Shown one piece after another: positions 12,986 through 24,830 of a DNA stretch of 64,000 nt. The position numbers were made by a program, and so were the translations under genes. The first letter of the stretch is position 1. Each line of letters starts with the position of its first letter. The notes under the pieces were generated by a model, which was not told the origin of the DNA, did not search any database, and saw only the letters and a list, made by a program, of their open reading frames with translations. The DNA is from the human T2T-CHM13v2.0 reference genome, Homo sapiens. The stretch lies in NCBI RefSeq assembly GCF_009914755.1, contig NC_060936.1. One strand, written 5' to 3'.

Positions 12986-13110
12986 ATATATATATATATA
13001 TATATAATATATGTATTATAATATATAATACATATATTATATATATTTATTATATATAATACCTATATATTATATATATACTATATATAATACTTATTAT
13101 ATATATAATA
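12986..13110. repeat. (TA)n-derived AT-rich repeat with an internal inverted repeat
   Basis: Nearly pure A/T; 23-bp arms at 12998-13020 and 13024-13046. Confidence 0.9.
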
Positions 13111-13288
13111 AAAGACCGAGGCAATGAATATTACAACTTTTATCAACTGACTTACATTTTTACAACTAATTTTTAAATTAATGAGTCCTCTTTGATGCTG
13201 TTCTTTGAAAGCAAATTGTTTTTGATATTTTTTCTTTAAAGCATATGAATTTATGCAATTTAATCATTATCTTGTCTCTTGTGACTAG

Positions 13289-13437
13289 AAATAAAATATC
13301 AGGGATATGCTCCCCCTTGAGACTGAAGGAACTGAAGATTTTAAACCTTAGTAAGAACCACATTTCATCCCTATCAGAGAACTTTCTTGAGGCTTGTCCT
13401 AAAGTGGAGAGTTTCAGTGCCAGAATGAATTTTCTTG
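13289..13437 (+). CDS. LRRK2: LRRK2 exon 25 (149 nt); LRR
   Basis: gactag|AAATA...CTTG|gtaagt; NKISGICSPLRLKELKILNLSKN...ARMNFL. Confidence 0.97.
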
Positions 13438-13599
13438 GTAAGTGTTCTGTGTGGGTCTCCTCCTTACCAGGCCCTCTAAGTTGTACAAGATGAGTCATAT
13501 ATGGACCCTTTAGTTGTGGATTTAAAAGTGGCATTTCAGTTTAAATATTATGCTGGATTTAAAAAATAAAATTAGCAGGTTGGCAATAAAACAAAATGC

Positions 13600-14108
13600 T
13601 ATAAAACTATGAAAAGACATGAAAGAAACATAAATGCATATTGGTAAGTGAAAGAAGCCAATCTGAAAAGGCTACATACTATTCGTTCCCAACTATAAGA
13701 CATTCTGGAAGAGACAAAATTATGAGGACATTAAAAAGATCAATGGTTGTCAGGGGTTAGGGGAGGGAGAGATGAATAGATAAAGGACAGAGGATTTTTA
13801 GGGCAGTGAAACTGTTTTGTATACTATAGAGGGGGATATGTGCCATGGTACACTTGTCAAAACCCATAGAATGTGCAGTATAAAGAATGAACCCTGATGT
13901 AAACTATGGACTTTGAGTGATAATGGTGTGTCAAATATTGGCTCATTGATTGGAACAACTGTGCCAAACTAATGCAAATTGTTAATAATAGGGGAAAATG
14001 TGTGTGGGGTGGTGGTGGTGGTGAGGGAAGAAGGGATTTATTGAAAGTCTCTGGACTGTGTGCTCAATTTTCCTGTGTATCTAAAGCTGCCCTAAAAATA
14101 GTCTATAA
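13600..14108 (+). mobile_element. L1MC-type 3' end
   Basis: aagtgaaagaagccaatctgaaaaggctacatac...tgtcaaaacccatagaatgt...tgtaaactatggactttgagtgataatg. Confidence 0.8.
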
Positions 14109-15420
14109 TTTAAAAAAATTATCACATTTTTATTGTCAGAGGTTAAAATGATAGTTACTTGGCCTACTGTGTAGTACCGTGTGTTTCCCTTTAGTCTTAA
14201 ACTAAACATGCACATGGCTGCCTGAGCTGGGTAAGGCATCCTGATACTGAGATATTGTTTTTCATACTGAAGTTTCTTCAGCAACTTTTTGTATGATAAA
14301 TATGATTACTCTTTGCTGTTGTTAGAAATAAAATTAATCATTTAATGGTTTTCAAATTAGTGAAGTTAATGTATATTCATTCAGCTCTTGTGCTTTGCAA
14401 GACATTATAATAATGCAAATTATTATCATCACTTTTATTAAAAGTTGTAGAATCCCCTGCCTTCTCTTAGCATATGAAATAATAGAGGAAATTATGTTCA
14501 TTTGTATCCTAAATGAACATTTTAATTTTAAGGAACAAAATACTTTTATGACAATAAACAGGAATTCCCCATATTTTATCTTCCTTCATAGAGAATACTC
14601 ACATCTTGCCACCCATGTGTTTATTCTATACCTGACTCAGTAAAATAATTTTTAATTCTATTTAATAGCAGAATATGGCTTAACTACTTATTAATAGTAT
14701 TTTAATTTGTCAGAGCTTTCAGAAACTAATAATGATCAAAGCCATCTTAATTTGGATAGTATTTTCCTCCTTTTCCGCGCCCTCCCTTCCTCCTACCCTC
14801 CTGAATATTGGCCACTTTCCAACCATGATCTTGAAACTGGGGATAGAGTTGTTGACTCACTCACTAGTAAGCAAAGCAAACTCGGTCTCTGTCCTTAAGG
14901 AACTTGTGATTAAGTTCAGAGCACAGACAAACATTAAGTAATGATGGCATAAATAAATGTAATTTTATATTGTGGTGCCTTCTGTGGAAAAGTTTCAGGA
15001 TGCTCTGTGGTACCTCAGGGGAATCTGATTCAGACTGTGGAGTCAGGAAAGCATTTCTGTGCCTGTGACATTTAAGTTGGGTCTGGAAAGAGGAGCATCC
15101 AAAAGGACCTTGAAGCTTGTGTATGGTCAGTGTGTCATCTCAGCTGAATCTCACAATGATCCTAATGGTCATACCTAGGACAGGTATGACCTCTGCCCAA
15201 TTGAGGAAATTGAAGCCGTGAGATTTTTTGTGTGATGCTTACAGGTGCATACAATTAATTATCTTGTTGTGAAAGTTTGAATGGACCCCAGTTCAAAATC
15301 TGTTTGCTTTGCACTACACAATCTTAATAGTTTGAGAAGTGGTCTTACATTTGAGAAGATGCCCCATGGAGGTGACATCTGAGCAGGACCACTAACCATT
15401 AAAAAATAATCCCATGTAAA

Positions 15421-15624
15421 TGGTGAAACCCTGTCTCTACTAAAAATACAAAAATTAGCTGGGTGTGGTGGCATGTGACTATAATCCCAGCTACTCGGGA
15501 GGCTGAGGCAGAAGAATCGCTTGAACCAGGGAGTCAGAGGTTGCAGTGAGTGGAGATCAGGCCACAGCACTCCAGCCTGGCGACAGAGCAAGACTCCGTC
15601 AATCAATCAATCAAACAATCAATA
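15421..15624 (+). mobile_element. 5'-truncated AluS with (TCAA)n tail
   Basis: Starts mid left arm; TSD AATCCCATGTAAA at 15408-15420 and 15625-15637. Confidence 0.93.
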
Positions 15625-16076
15625 AATCCCATGTAAAATAAAGTTTTAGTTCTGTGGCCTTATGAGTGTTTTCCATACAGCATATGAAACTCAAGACTCT
15701 GAAGTCTTAAGTGGAGAATCATTTCGATTCATTTATTTTGCGAATAGGTGAGGTATAATAGCTATCTTTCTGCTTCTCAGGAAGACAGCTTCTAGGAGTG
15801 TCCTGGAACATTTTGACCCTTGAAGATTGTCTAGATAAAGAATAACCCATATTTTTAACCTTGAAAATGCTAATAACTAATTCCTCAATCCGTTTTCCTA
15901 GAAACGGTAGATTTGTAGATCTCTCAAGTGTCTTAGTGTTCATCTGATCTAGCTACACTCTTTTACAGATAAGAAAAGAGACTGTGTGATTTTCTGTTTC
16001 CCAAATTGTGTTTCACAGAATTTTATTTCTTGGAGGTACCTCATACTGCATTTCCTTCTTAACAATTCATAAAGTA

Positions 16077-16398
<322 letters not shown>

Positions 16399-16968
16399 TC
16401 ATAAAATATACCAGAGTATTGAGAACTCAGATATTTTACTTTATTTTACTGAATGTTTCCCAATCTCTTAAGATTATATGATCGAAGAATACTTTTATTA
16501 AATAACACCCATTATTATTCCATAGAACACTCTTTATGAGCTAGTACCATAAAGAATTTTTGTCCTTATAATATACTGTATTTTAGTAAAGTGTTCATAG
16601 TTGTTTTGCTATAGTTATTTAAGAGTAATTCTAGTTAATCTATATGGTATATAATAACATCACACATAATTTGAAATGAATATTCTAGGAATTTTTACTT
16701 TGTACAAATGTTGGGTAGACAAATTTATATTTAAATAGCTGTTTAGCTTCCAGGTTAAAAGGTTCTGGTAAGTATAGCATATTATTTTATTGTTTAGTGG
16801 AAGTATTAAGGCTATTACCTTATTTTTAAAAGTGGATTTTTAAAAATTGTCAGTGTGAGAATGGAAATCAAATTAAGTGACACACTATTGGTAGCTGTTC
16901 TTATTTTTGAATTTAATGGAAATCTGGTTAAAATGATTAAAATGTTTATCTCATTTTTTTTCTTTTAG

Positions 16969-17062
16969 CTGCTATGCCTTTCTTGCCTCCTTCTATGACA
17001 ATCCTAAAATTATCTCAGAACAAATTTTCCTGTATTCCAGAAGCAATTTTAAATCTTCCACA
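16969..17062 (+). CDS. LRRK2: LRRK2 exon 26 (94 nt); LRR
   Basis: tcttttag|CTGCT...CCACA|gtaagt; AMPFLPPSMTILKLSQNKFSCIPEAILNLP. Confidence 0.97.
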
Positions 17063-17494
17063 GTAAGTTTATTGTTATTTTAATTTTAAAAGCACATTAG
17101 CTGGAACAGAACCTTTAGAAACATGATTTCGATTTAGTCATATAGAGGTAATTGATTTCTAAACCTACTCAACTTGATGTTTTTGTATGTATGAATGATT
17201 TTCACTAGATAAAAGACCCAACTCATTACTTAAAATGGAAACTTTTATATTTATTTAGTGGATCATTGTGTAAAAACAACTTAAGATTGTTTAATTAATT
17301 GCTGTATTAGTATAATGAAATGAGATTATACTGGCTATCACTTTAACTTTTAAAATTTTAATTGTTTGTGGAACTTGATATGTTGCCAAAATACCCTTAA
17401 CTTTCACATTATGCTTAAGTTATGTTTGAGTGAAATTTTGGGGGAAGATTAGGCAAGTTTATGTAGTTCCAGGTTTTTGAGATATTTTGGTTAA

Positions 17495-17531
17495 TTCATG
17501 AAACCAGAAGCTTCCTGTTAACTTTAAATTC
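17495..17531 (+). repeat. 37-bp direct repeat, copy A (partner 18408-18444)
   Basis: ttcatgaaac[c/t]agaagcttcctgttaact[t/a]taaattc, 35/37 identical. Confidence 0.9.
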
Positions 17532-17628
17532 AGGCATTAATTGGATCTTGAGTGTGTTGTAATCTTAAATGCTATTCTAATTATATCATACATGATAAAC
17601 CAAATTCATAAAAATATATGTGTAAATT

Positions 17629-17736
17629 TATCTTTTCCTTTGTTTTCTTGCTGTCAGCTATTCCTTCAAACACTATGGCTTTTTAGAATTGACACTAAAA
17701 TGCTGCTTGCATGATGCTGCAATGAGCTCTTCTGTG
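17629..17736 (+). repeat. 108-bp intragenic duplication, copy 1 (intron 26)
   Basis: Ungapped hand alignment to 23887-23994, 102/108 identical. Confidence 0.95.
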
Positions 17737-18127
17737 AGCTTATATTTAGGCAAATAATAATTAGAATTTAGCCATAGAGAGTGTTACACAAACCTATAAT
17801 AGCTAAATTACGTCTAGCTTTAGAATGTGTTTAACTGTTCTAACTACTCTACAGCGGTTCATCTCTTTAATCTTCCTAATAATGCCCTACGATAGCCACT
17901 GTTATTATCTCCACTTCATAAGAGATGAAGTAACTTGCCCAGAGTCATAGTTCTTAAACACTGGTGGTTCAACTTCAGGCTCTCAAATCACATGCATACT
18001 CATATGTCAATAATGCTAGTTTTGACGTTACACTTTATTCTCACCCTGGGGAAAATTATTTGTGATGTTATTTCATGTATTTTGGAAATACTCATTTGGT
18101 TTATGTCTTTTCTGTGTATTGTTTTAG

Positions 18128-18314
18128 CTTGCGGTCTTTAGATATGAGCAGCAATGATATTCAGTACCTACCAGGTCCCGCACACTGGAAATCTTTGAAC
18201 TTAAGGGAACTCTTATTTAGCCATAATCAGATCAGCATCTTGGACTTGAGTGAAAAAGCATATTTATGGTCTAGAGTAGAGAAACTGCATCTTTCTCACA
18301 ATAAACTGAAAGAG
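18128..18314 (+). CDS. LRRK2: LRRK2 exon 27 (187 nt); LRR
   Basis: gttttag|CTTGC...GAG|gtaaga; [21 protein letters not shown]...SHNKLKE. Confidence 0.97.
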
Positions 18315-18407
18315 GTAAGACGATTATTGCCACTTAAAAAATATACTTTATGATTTGCATCATTACAAATTATCATTTTAAGTGATATTTAGCTTCTAAA
18401 TACCAAT

Positions 18408-18461
18408 TTCATGAAACTAGAAGCTTCCTGTTAACTATAAATTCCTGTCAACTATAAATCC
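18408..18461 (+). repeat. 37-bp direct repeat, copy B, plus a tandem 17-nt partial repeat
   Basis: Followed by ctgtcaactataaatcc, a second copy of its own 3' 17 nt. Confidence 0.88.
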
Positions 18462-19964
18462 AGATTTCCATTAAATTTAAAAATAAGAACAGCTACTAAT
18501 GATGTGTCACTTAATTTAATTTCCATTCTCACACCGACAATTTAAAAAAATCTACTTTTAAAAATAAGGTAGTAGCCTTAATACTTCCACTAAACAATAA
18601 AACAATATGCTATACTTATCAGAACCTTTTAATCTGAAAGCTAAACAGCTAGATATAAATTTGTCTACCCAACATTTGTACAAAGTAAAAATTATTAGAA
18701 TATTCATTTCAAATTATGTGTGATGTTATCATATAACATATTATAGATTAACTCAAATTATTCTTAACTGTTACTTAACTATGACAAAACAACTTAGAAC
18801 GCTTTGCTAATACACAAGATAGTATAAGGATAAAAATTCTTTATAGTACTAGCTCATAAAGAGTGTTCTATGGAATAGTAGTGGATGTCATTTAATAACT
18901 ATAAATTCAAAATAAGCATTGTAAATATCAATACCATTCAATTTTTTTTTGTTTTTTAAACAAGTTGTAAGCCTACCCTATGGTAAATGGATATGGTAAC
19001 ACAGCATAATTTCCTCAAAAAATTACTTTTGTGATATACTTTTAAAGGATTATATGAATATATACATAATTATAGATGAATGTGATGCTGTGTGTCATTG
19101 TATCACCAAATCTCTGTCCAATCTGTTAACAGACTCTTAAATAAACCATTTTTCTCAAGTTGTTACTGGCCTGTATACTGTATTACTTGTTTTTCAGCTT
19201 TCCTTGGTACATTCTTAAATTTCTGCATTCCGCCACCATGCTATCACCCTAATGGATCAACCTTTTTTGTTTTGCTCCATTCTCTCTGTTGTAAATCTGA
19301 AATTGATAATTTGTTTGTCTCAGAAAATATTATTTTTCAAGTTCTAGCGTATTGCCTACAAAAACCAAAAGAATTAAGTGTCTGACACTGTGAGGTTCAG
19401 CAAAACTGTGCATATATTTTGCTACCTGATTTTTTGCCAGCAAATGAGTGTTTTCTATTATAAATATAGTATATATTGCTTAAAAATTTGGAACAGAAAA
19501 GAAATTACTCCAATTAGGATGCCACCTAAAGTATAAGCATGTAGCTGTACTTTGAGAACACTAAATTGCATGCAGGTTTGTAGTGACTAGGTCTTCTTGC
19601 CTTTACTGAAGGAGCAGAATGAAGTCACAGATAATGGATAACCAAATCCATTTTGTGGTAAGAACTTCCTTACTTTCAATGTCTTGAAGAGATGAAGTAT
19701 GTTACCAAAGGAGATTGGGTTTTTTAATATTACAGATGAGTGACATAGATTGTTTGGGAGTAAGTTTTTATATGTAAGTTTTTATGTTTTTAAACACATA
19801 CTGACAACTTATGACAAACCTTTGGAAAGTTTTAAAACTCTGTTGAAAGGTTGTGCAAGCTGCTGATGGAATCTGTGAGCCTTTCTTGTTTCTTATCACG
19901 TTTTTTGGCAGAGCACATTTCTTCCTTCCCACCAACAGGTTTTGCCCTTTTTTTTCCCATTAAG

Positions 19965-20146
19965 ATTCCTCCTGAGATTGGCTGTCTTGAAAATCTGACA
20001 TCTCTGGATGTCAGTTACAACTTGGAACTAAGATCCTTTCCCAATGAAATGGGGAAATTAAGCAAAATATGGGATCTTCCTTTGGATGAACTGCATCTTA
20101 ACTTTGATTTTAAACATATAGGATGTAAAGCCAAAGACATCATAAG
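19965..20146 (+). CDS. LRRK2: LRRK2 exon 28 (182 nt); LRR end, S1292 autophosphorylation site
   Basis: cattaag|ATTCC...ATAAG|gttaga; [19 protein letters not shown]...[10 protein letters not shown]...KDII. Confidence 0.96.
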
Positions 20147-21938
20147 GTTAGATAATTTTTTTCTATTTGGTTTTACTAAATTTATTTCAGATTTTCTACT
20201 CTCTGTGACTTTGATGGACATATATTGTTACTATTTAGGGAAAAATAAATAGTAATATTTGGCATTAATATGCTGTGTGTCATTTGCCTTTCATTTAATG
20301 AATGTGTTTCTGTGGTGCCACTGTAGAGATTTCTCATTCTTCTTAGCCAGACTAATGTTGAGAGCGGCTTCTCCTCCTTCTGTTTCTTTTCAGTGGAGTA
20401 GACTCTAAAAGAAAATAAGTATTGCTATTTGGTCTCTGGTTACCAATTACACAATCTAAAGAAATACAGCACAGTATAATAACTTCTCACACTGTATTTC
20501 ATATAGCAACTAGTTAACATATGCCTCTTACATCTTAAAGCATTATAGCTACTGACATCATGTGAAATTACTAACTTCTATTTTGCCCATTAGGATGAGT
20601 AATCTACTCACCTTGATCAGTTTTGAAAGCACCAAAACTTCTCAAGTATCACTGTTTCTGGTCTTTACACTTTAAGCACTTTAAATATCTTTGGTAATGG
20701 ATTTTATCCTCCTTTTTGTTCCCTTTCAGCACATCGGTCTTATTACTTTCTCATAAAATCCTTTGCTCCCTTTTCCACAGTTACTGTATTAACGTTGCAG
20801 ACCTCAGCTCTGTCATCACCTCTCAACTTGACTGTAATATCCACCAAGGCAGAGACCATGGCTGTGTTCACTCACTATTCAAATCTTGGCACCCAACACA
20901 GTGCCTGGCATACAATTAATAGTTGTTTAATTACCAGTGATTTATACTTACTCATTCTCTTTTGCCTAAAATCTCTTAAATTTATATTTAACTTCATCTG
21001 TTTTTATGAGGAAGGATTTTGTTTTCTGAACTCCTGAGCTTGATTTCATTTTAAAGGAGTTTGTTATCTTTTGTGCTAATTGTGGCTACCCTTCATCCTA
21101 CCCAATTATTTTTCTCTCTTGAAACTGGAAAAGATGGTCATATAAAAATTGGTTCAGTTCTTACTAAACATTTAGTAGAACTAGCTTTCAGTGTATTATA
21201 CTGTATTATCTAACTAAATATTTTTAATATTTAATATTTAATTTAATATATAACTAAATATTTTTAAACATGTTTAACATTTTCAGAAAAGACAGAAAGA
21301 CCTAGAGCAGATTAGAAATTGTAGGCATCATTTGCTTTTTGAAGAAAGACATTTTTTCAAATAGTGGTGCATTCTTAAGAAATAAATCAAGAAAGGTAAT
21401 GTTGCTTTTTGGTCATATCATCAGGAATGTTGGTCAGATTCTTATTAGTTACAGGAATGAATTGATCACTACTCTGATGTAAAATTCACTTATGATTTAG
21501 TCTTTTTCTCTAATTTGAAACTGTGGCAACATTTTAACATATTTCAAAATATATCTTTCTCTATCCATTATATTTTTGATAACACTTTGACTCTACTATT
21601 AGTTTAAAGGTGGTTTTTTAGCTACCTAAACACTTCTATTTCATTCAGGTTTTACATTAAGATCATTAGGAATGAAAGCTAACATCTGCTGATAGTATAA
21701 TAGTTTATATTTATTTATGATGTTATGTGATCTCACTATCCATATATACTATTATATGCATATGTAATATACATGAATATATAGCTATACATCATATATA
21801 CCATATATGAATATATACACACACATATATAATGTAACTAATATGACCCTATTATCAAGCTTTAACAGTATACATATATCTCTACCTTGTTTCTATGTCA
21901 TATGGACTTTGTGAAATTTTGAACTTTATAATTTATAG

Positions 21939-22262
<324 letters not shown>

Positions 22263-22647
22263 TAATTTGTAGGGTTTTTCATACTATTTAAAGACATTAG
22301 AATATGTATACATGTATGTATATGTGTGTATATATAGAGGTATATATATATTGCATATCGTATTCTAATTAGTATTGCAAACATATTTTGGCCTTTTGAT
22401 TATTTCTGGTGATAGTGTAACATGTTTTCTTTGGTGATTTTACCAAACATTATCAACTACCCTAAAATCTCTAGCAAAATATATGCATTAACAGTACTCT
22501 GAAAGACATGTACATTATTAGTTATATGAGATATGCACTCTTCTGGATACTATATTTTAGAATAGTGTGACATGTAAAAGAACTCACCTAAATCTCAAGT
22601 ATACTTTTAAGCAGTTTATTATTTTATTTTTATCTTTCAAATACTAG

Positions 22648-22877
22648 GTTTCTTCAACAGCGATTAAAAAAGGCTGTGCCTTATAACCGAATGAAACTTA
22701 TGATTGTGGGAAATACTGGGAGTGGTAAAACCACCTTATTGCAGCAATTAATGAAAACCAAGAAATCAGATCTTGGAATGCAAAGTGCCACAGTTGGCAT
22801 AGATGTGAAAGACTGGCCTATCCAAATAAGAGACAAAAGAAAGAGAGATCTCGTCCTAAATGTGTGGGATTTTGCAG
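22648..22877 (+). CDS. LRRK2: LRRK2 exon 29 (230 nt); ROC G1-G3
   Basis: tactag|GTTTC...GCAG|gtattt; P-loop [17 protein letters not shown]. Confidence 0.98.
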
Positions 22878-23286
22878 GTATTTCTTTCTATAGAATTTTA
22901 AAATTCACTTTTACCATTTGTTTGGAACAGGGATTCAAAAACTGAGCTTTCTGTTCTAATATCCAGAAACCTGGTAGACTGTATGGAATTATTCCAAAGC
23001 CCTTCATTTCTCCTAATTTTACCCTTGCCTCCAGAATGGAGAAGAACATGGAGGGATATGTTAGGAACAATTTGGTGCTAGGTACTTTGATCGGTTGCTG
23101 ACAAATATGCTAAAAGTGGTCAATCCTAGTAAAAACCCAGAATAGTTCTCTAAACATGGTCTGTTGTTTTTCTCTTATTAGTATGCTAAATAATAAATAG
23201 TATTATTCTCCCAGATTTTTTTTTAAAAAAGGATTCTTGCCTGTCGTTTGAAAGATTAAAAAAATTTGTCTCTAATCTTTATTTAG

Positions 23287-23414
23287 GTCGTGAGGAATTC
23301 TATAGTACTCATCCCCATTTTATGACGCAGCGAGCATTGTACCTTGCTGTCTATGACCTCAGCAAGGGACAGGCTGAAGTTGATGCCATGAAGCCTTGGC
23401 TCTTCAATATAAAG
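23287..23414 (+). CDS. LRRK2: LRRK2 exon 30 (128 nt); ROC (R1398, N1437)
   Basis: atttag|GTCGT...AAAG|gtgatt; REEFYSTHPHFMTQRALYLAVYDLSKG...WLFNIK. Confidence 0.97.
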
Positions 23415-23453
23415 GTGATTTGTTCTGATCATTTGAAAATAGAAAATAATTCA

Positions 23454-23483
23454 TGTGTCTGTGTGCGTGTGTGTGTGTGTGTG
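23454..23483. repeat. Interrupted (GT)n microsatellite, intron 30
   Basis: tgtgtctgtgtgcgtgtgtgtgtgtgtgtgt, 40 nt after exon 30. Confidence 0.9.
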
Positions 23484-23886
23484 TAAGTTAATTTATTTTG
23501 GGCAAACAATTGCTTCAGTCTCTTTAAATAATTTCTTAAAAGAAGCACTAAAATTTTGAATTGGGAAACTTTCCGAGTAATGAAGTCATAACATGAAAAT
23601 TGTATGTTCCATGTTGGTGAATGTTATTGGTAACCTGAAACTCTTTTATGCTGTAAAACTTGAAAATATATATGTTCAACTGTTTTTTAATTATATTATT
23701 TCTTAAATGAAATCTAAATTTTTCTAATTTAAAATAAGCTATATTAAAGAAAAGCAATCTATATATATATATCTCATCAACTTTGTACTCAGGGGCCATT
23801 TAGTGTGAAATTCTTCAGATTGTATCCTTTAAGTGGTCCCAGATTATTATGCTGTTACATCTGGAATCTCCCTTTTGTTGCTTTTC

Positions 23887-23994
23887 TATCTTTTCCTTTG
23901 TTGTCTTGTTGTCAGCTATTCCTTCAAACACTATGGCTTTTTAGAATGGAGACTAAACTGCTGCTTGCATGATGCTGCAATGAACTCTTCTGTG
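23887..23994 (+). repeat. 108-bp intragenic duplication, copy 2 (intron 30)
   Basis: 102/108 identical to 17629-17736. Confidence 0.95.
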
Positions 23995-24611
23995 CATAAA
24001 GTCCTTAAAAAGCTTGTGTCAGGACATTTAACCATGTAATTGGCTGCATACATGCTTGTTTTGTAATTTGGGTATTTTTTAATGTTTCTTTTATTAACTT
24101 TTTTACAGCTAGCCAACGTGAGCAAATAGTACAGTGGCAGTCATATTTGCTTGAGTGGCTTTTATTCTTTCATTGTAGACTCCAAATTGGTTGACTTTAA
24201 AACGAATTTAGAAGATTAAATTCACAGATAAGGAAGAGAAAATATAAACTATATGACGTTAATTTGATATAATTTGTGGGTTTATGAAATGCTTATTTTA
24301 TTTAGGAGTGAATAACTCATCTTAAGGCATGAAGATGGGAAAGGAAAACTATACCACTACCGTTATATATGCCACCTAAAAGGGTGAAGAATTGGGTTAA
24401 GAAAGGCCAAAAATGACTTTTTAAAATGTCGTAAGGTTACATTTTTTTCTTAGGTTTAAGGAAAAAAGGACAGTTGTTCTTTTCTTCTTCTGAAGTCTGC
24501 TAGTTTCTCTTTTCCATTCAAGTGAATGTCACGGAAAGCAAATATCAACAGGAATGTGAGCAGGCCCAGTTTGAAAGCAAACACAAGAGGGTTTTGTGTC
24601 TTTCCCTCCAG

Positions 24612-24830
24612 GCTCGCGCTTCTTCTTCCCCTGTGATTCTCGTTGGCACACATTTGGATGTTTCTGATGAGAAGCAACGCAAAGCCTGCATGAGTAAAAT
24701 CACCAAGGAACTCCTGAATAAGCGAGGGTTCCCTGCCATACGAGATTACCACTTTGTGAATGCCACCGAGGAATCTGATGCTTTGGCAAAACTTCGGAAA
24801 ACCATCATAAACGAGAGCCTTAATTTCAAG
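24612..24830 (+). CDS. LRRK2: LRRK2 exon 31 (219 nt); ROC, R1441
   Basis: cctccag|GCTCGC...AAG|gtaaca; ARASSSPVILVGTHLD...FVNATEE...LNFK. Confidence 0.98.

Noticed and set aside
23454-23483. Assigning the intron 30 GT repeat to a named LRRK2 haplotype marker (e.g. D12S2516)
   Set aside because: Plausible from memory of marker order, but it cannot be confirmed without primer sequences.
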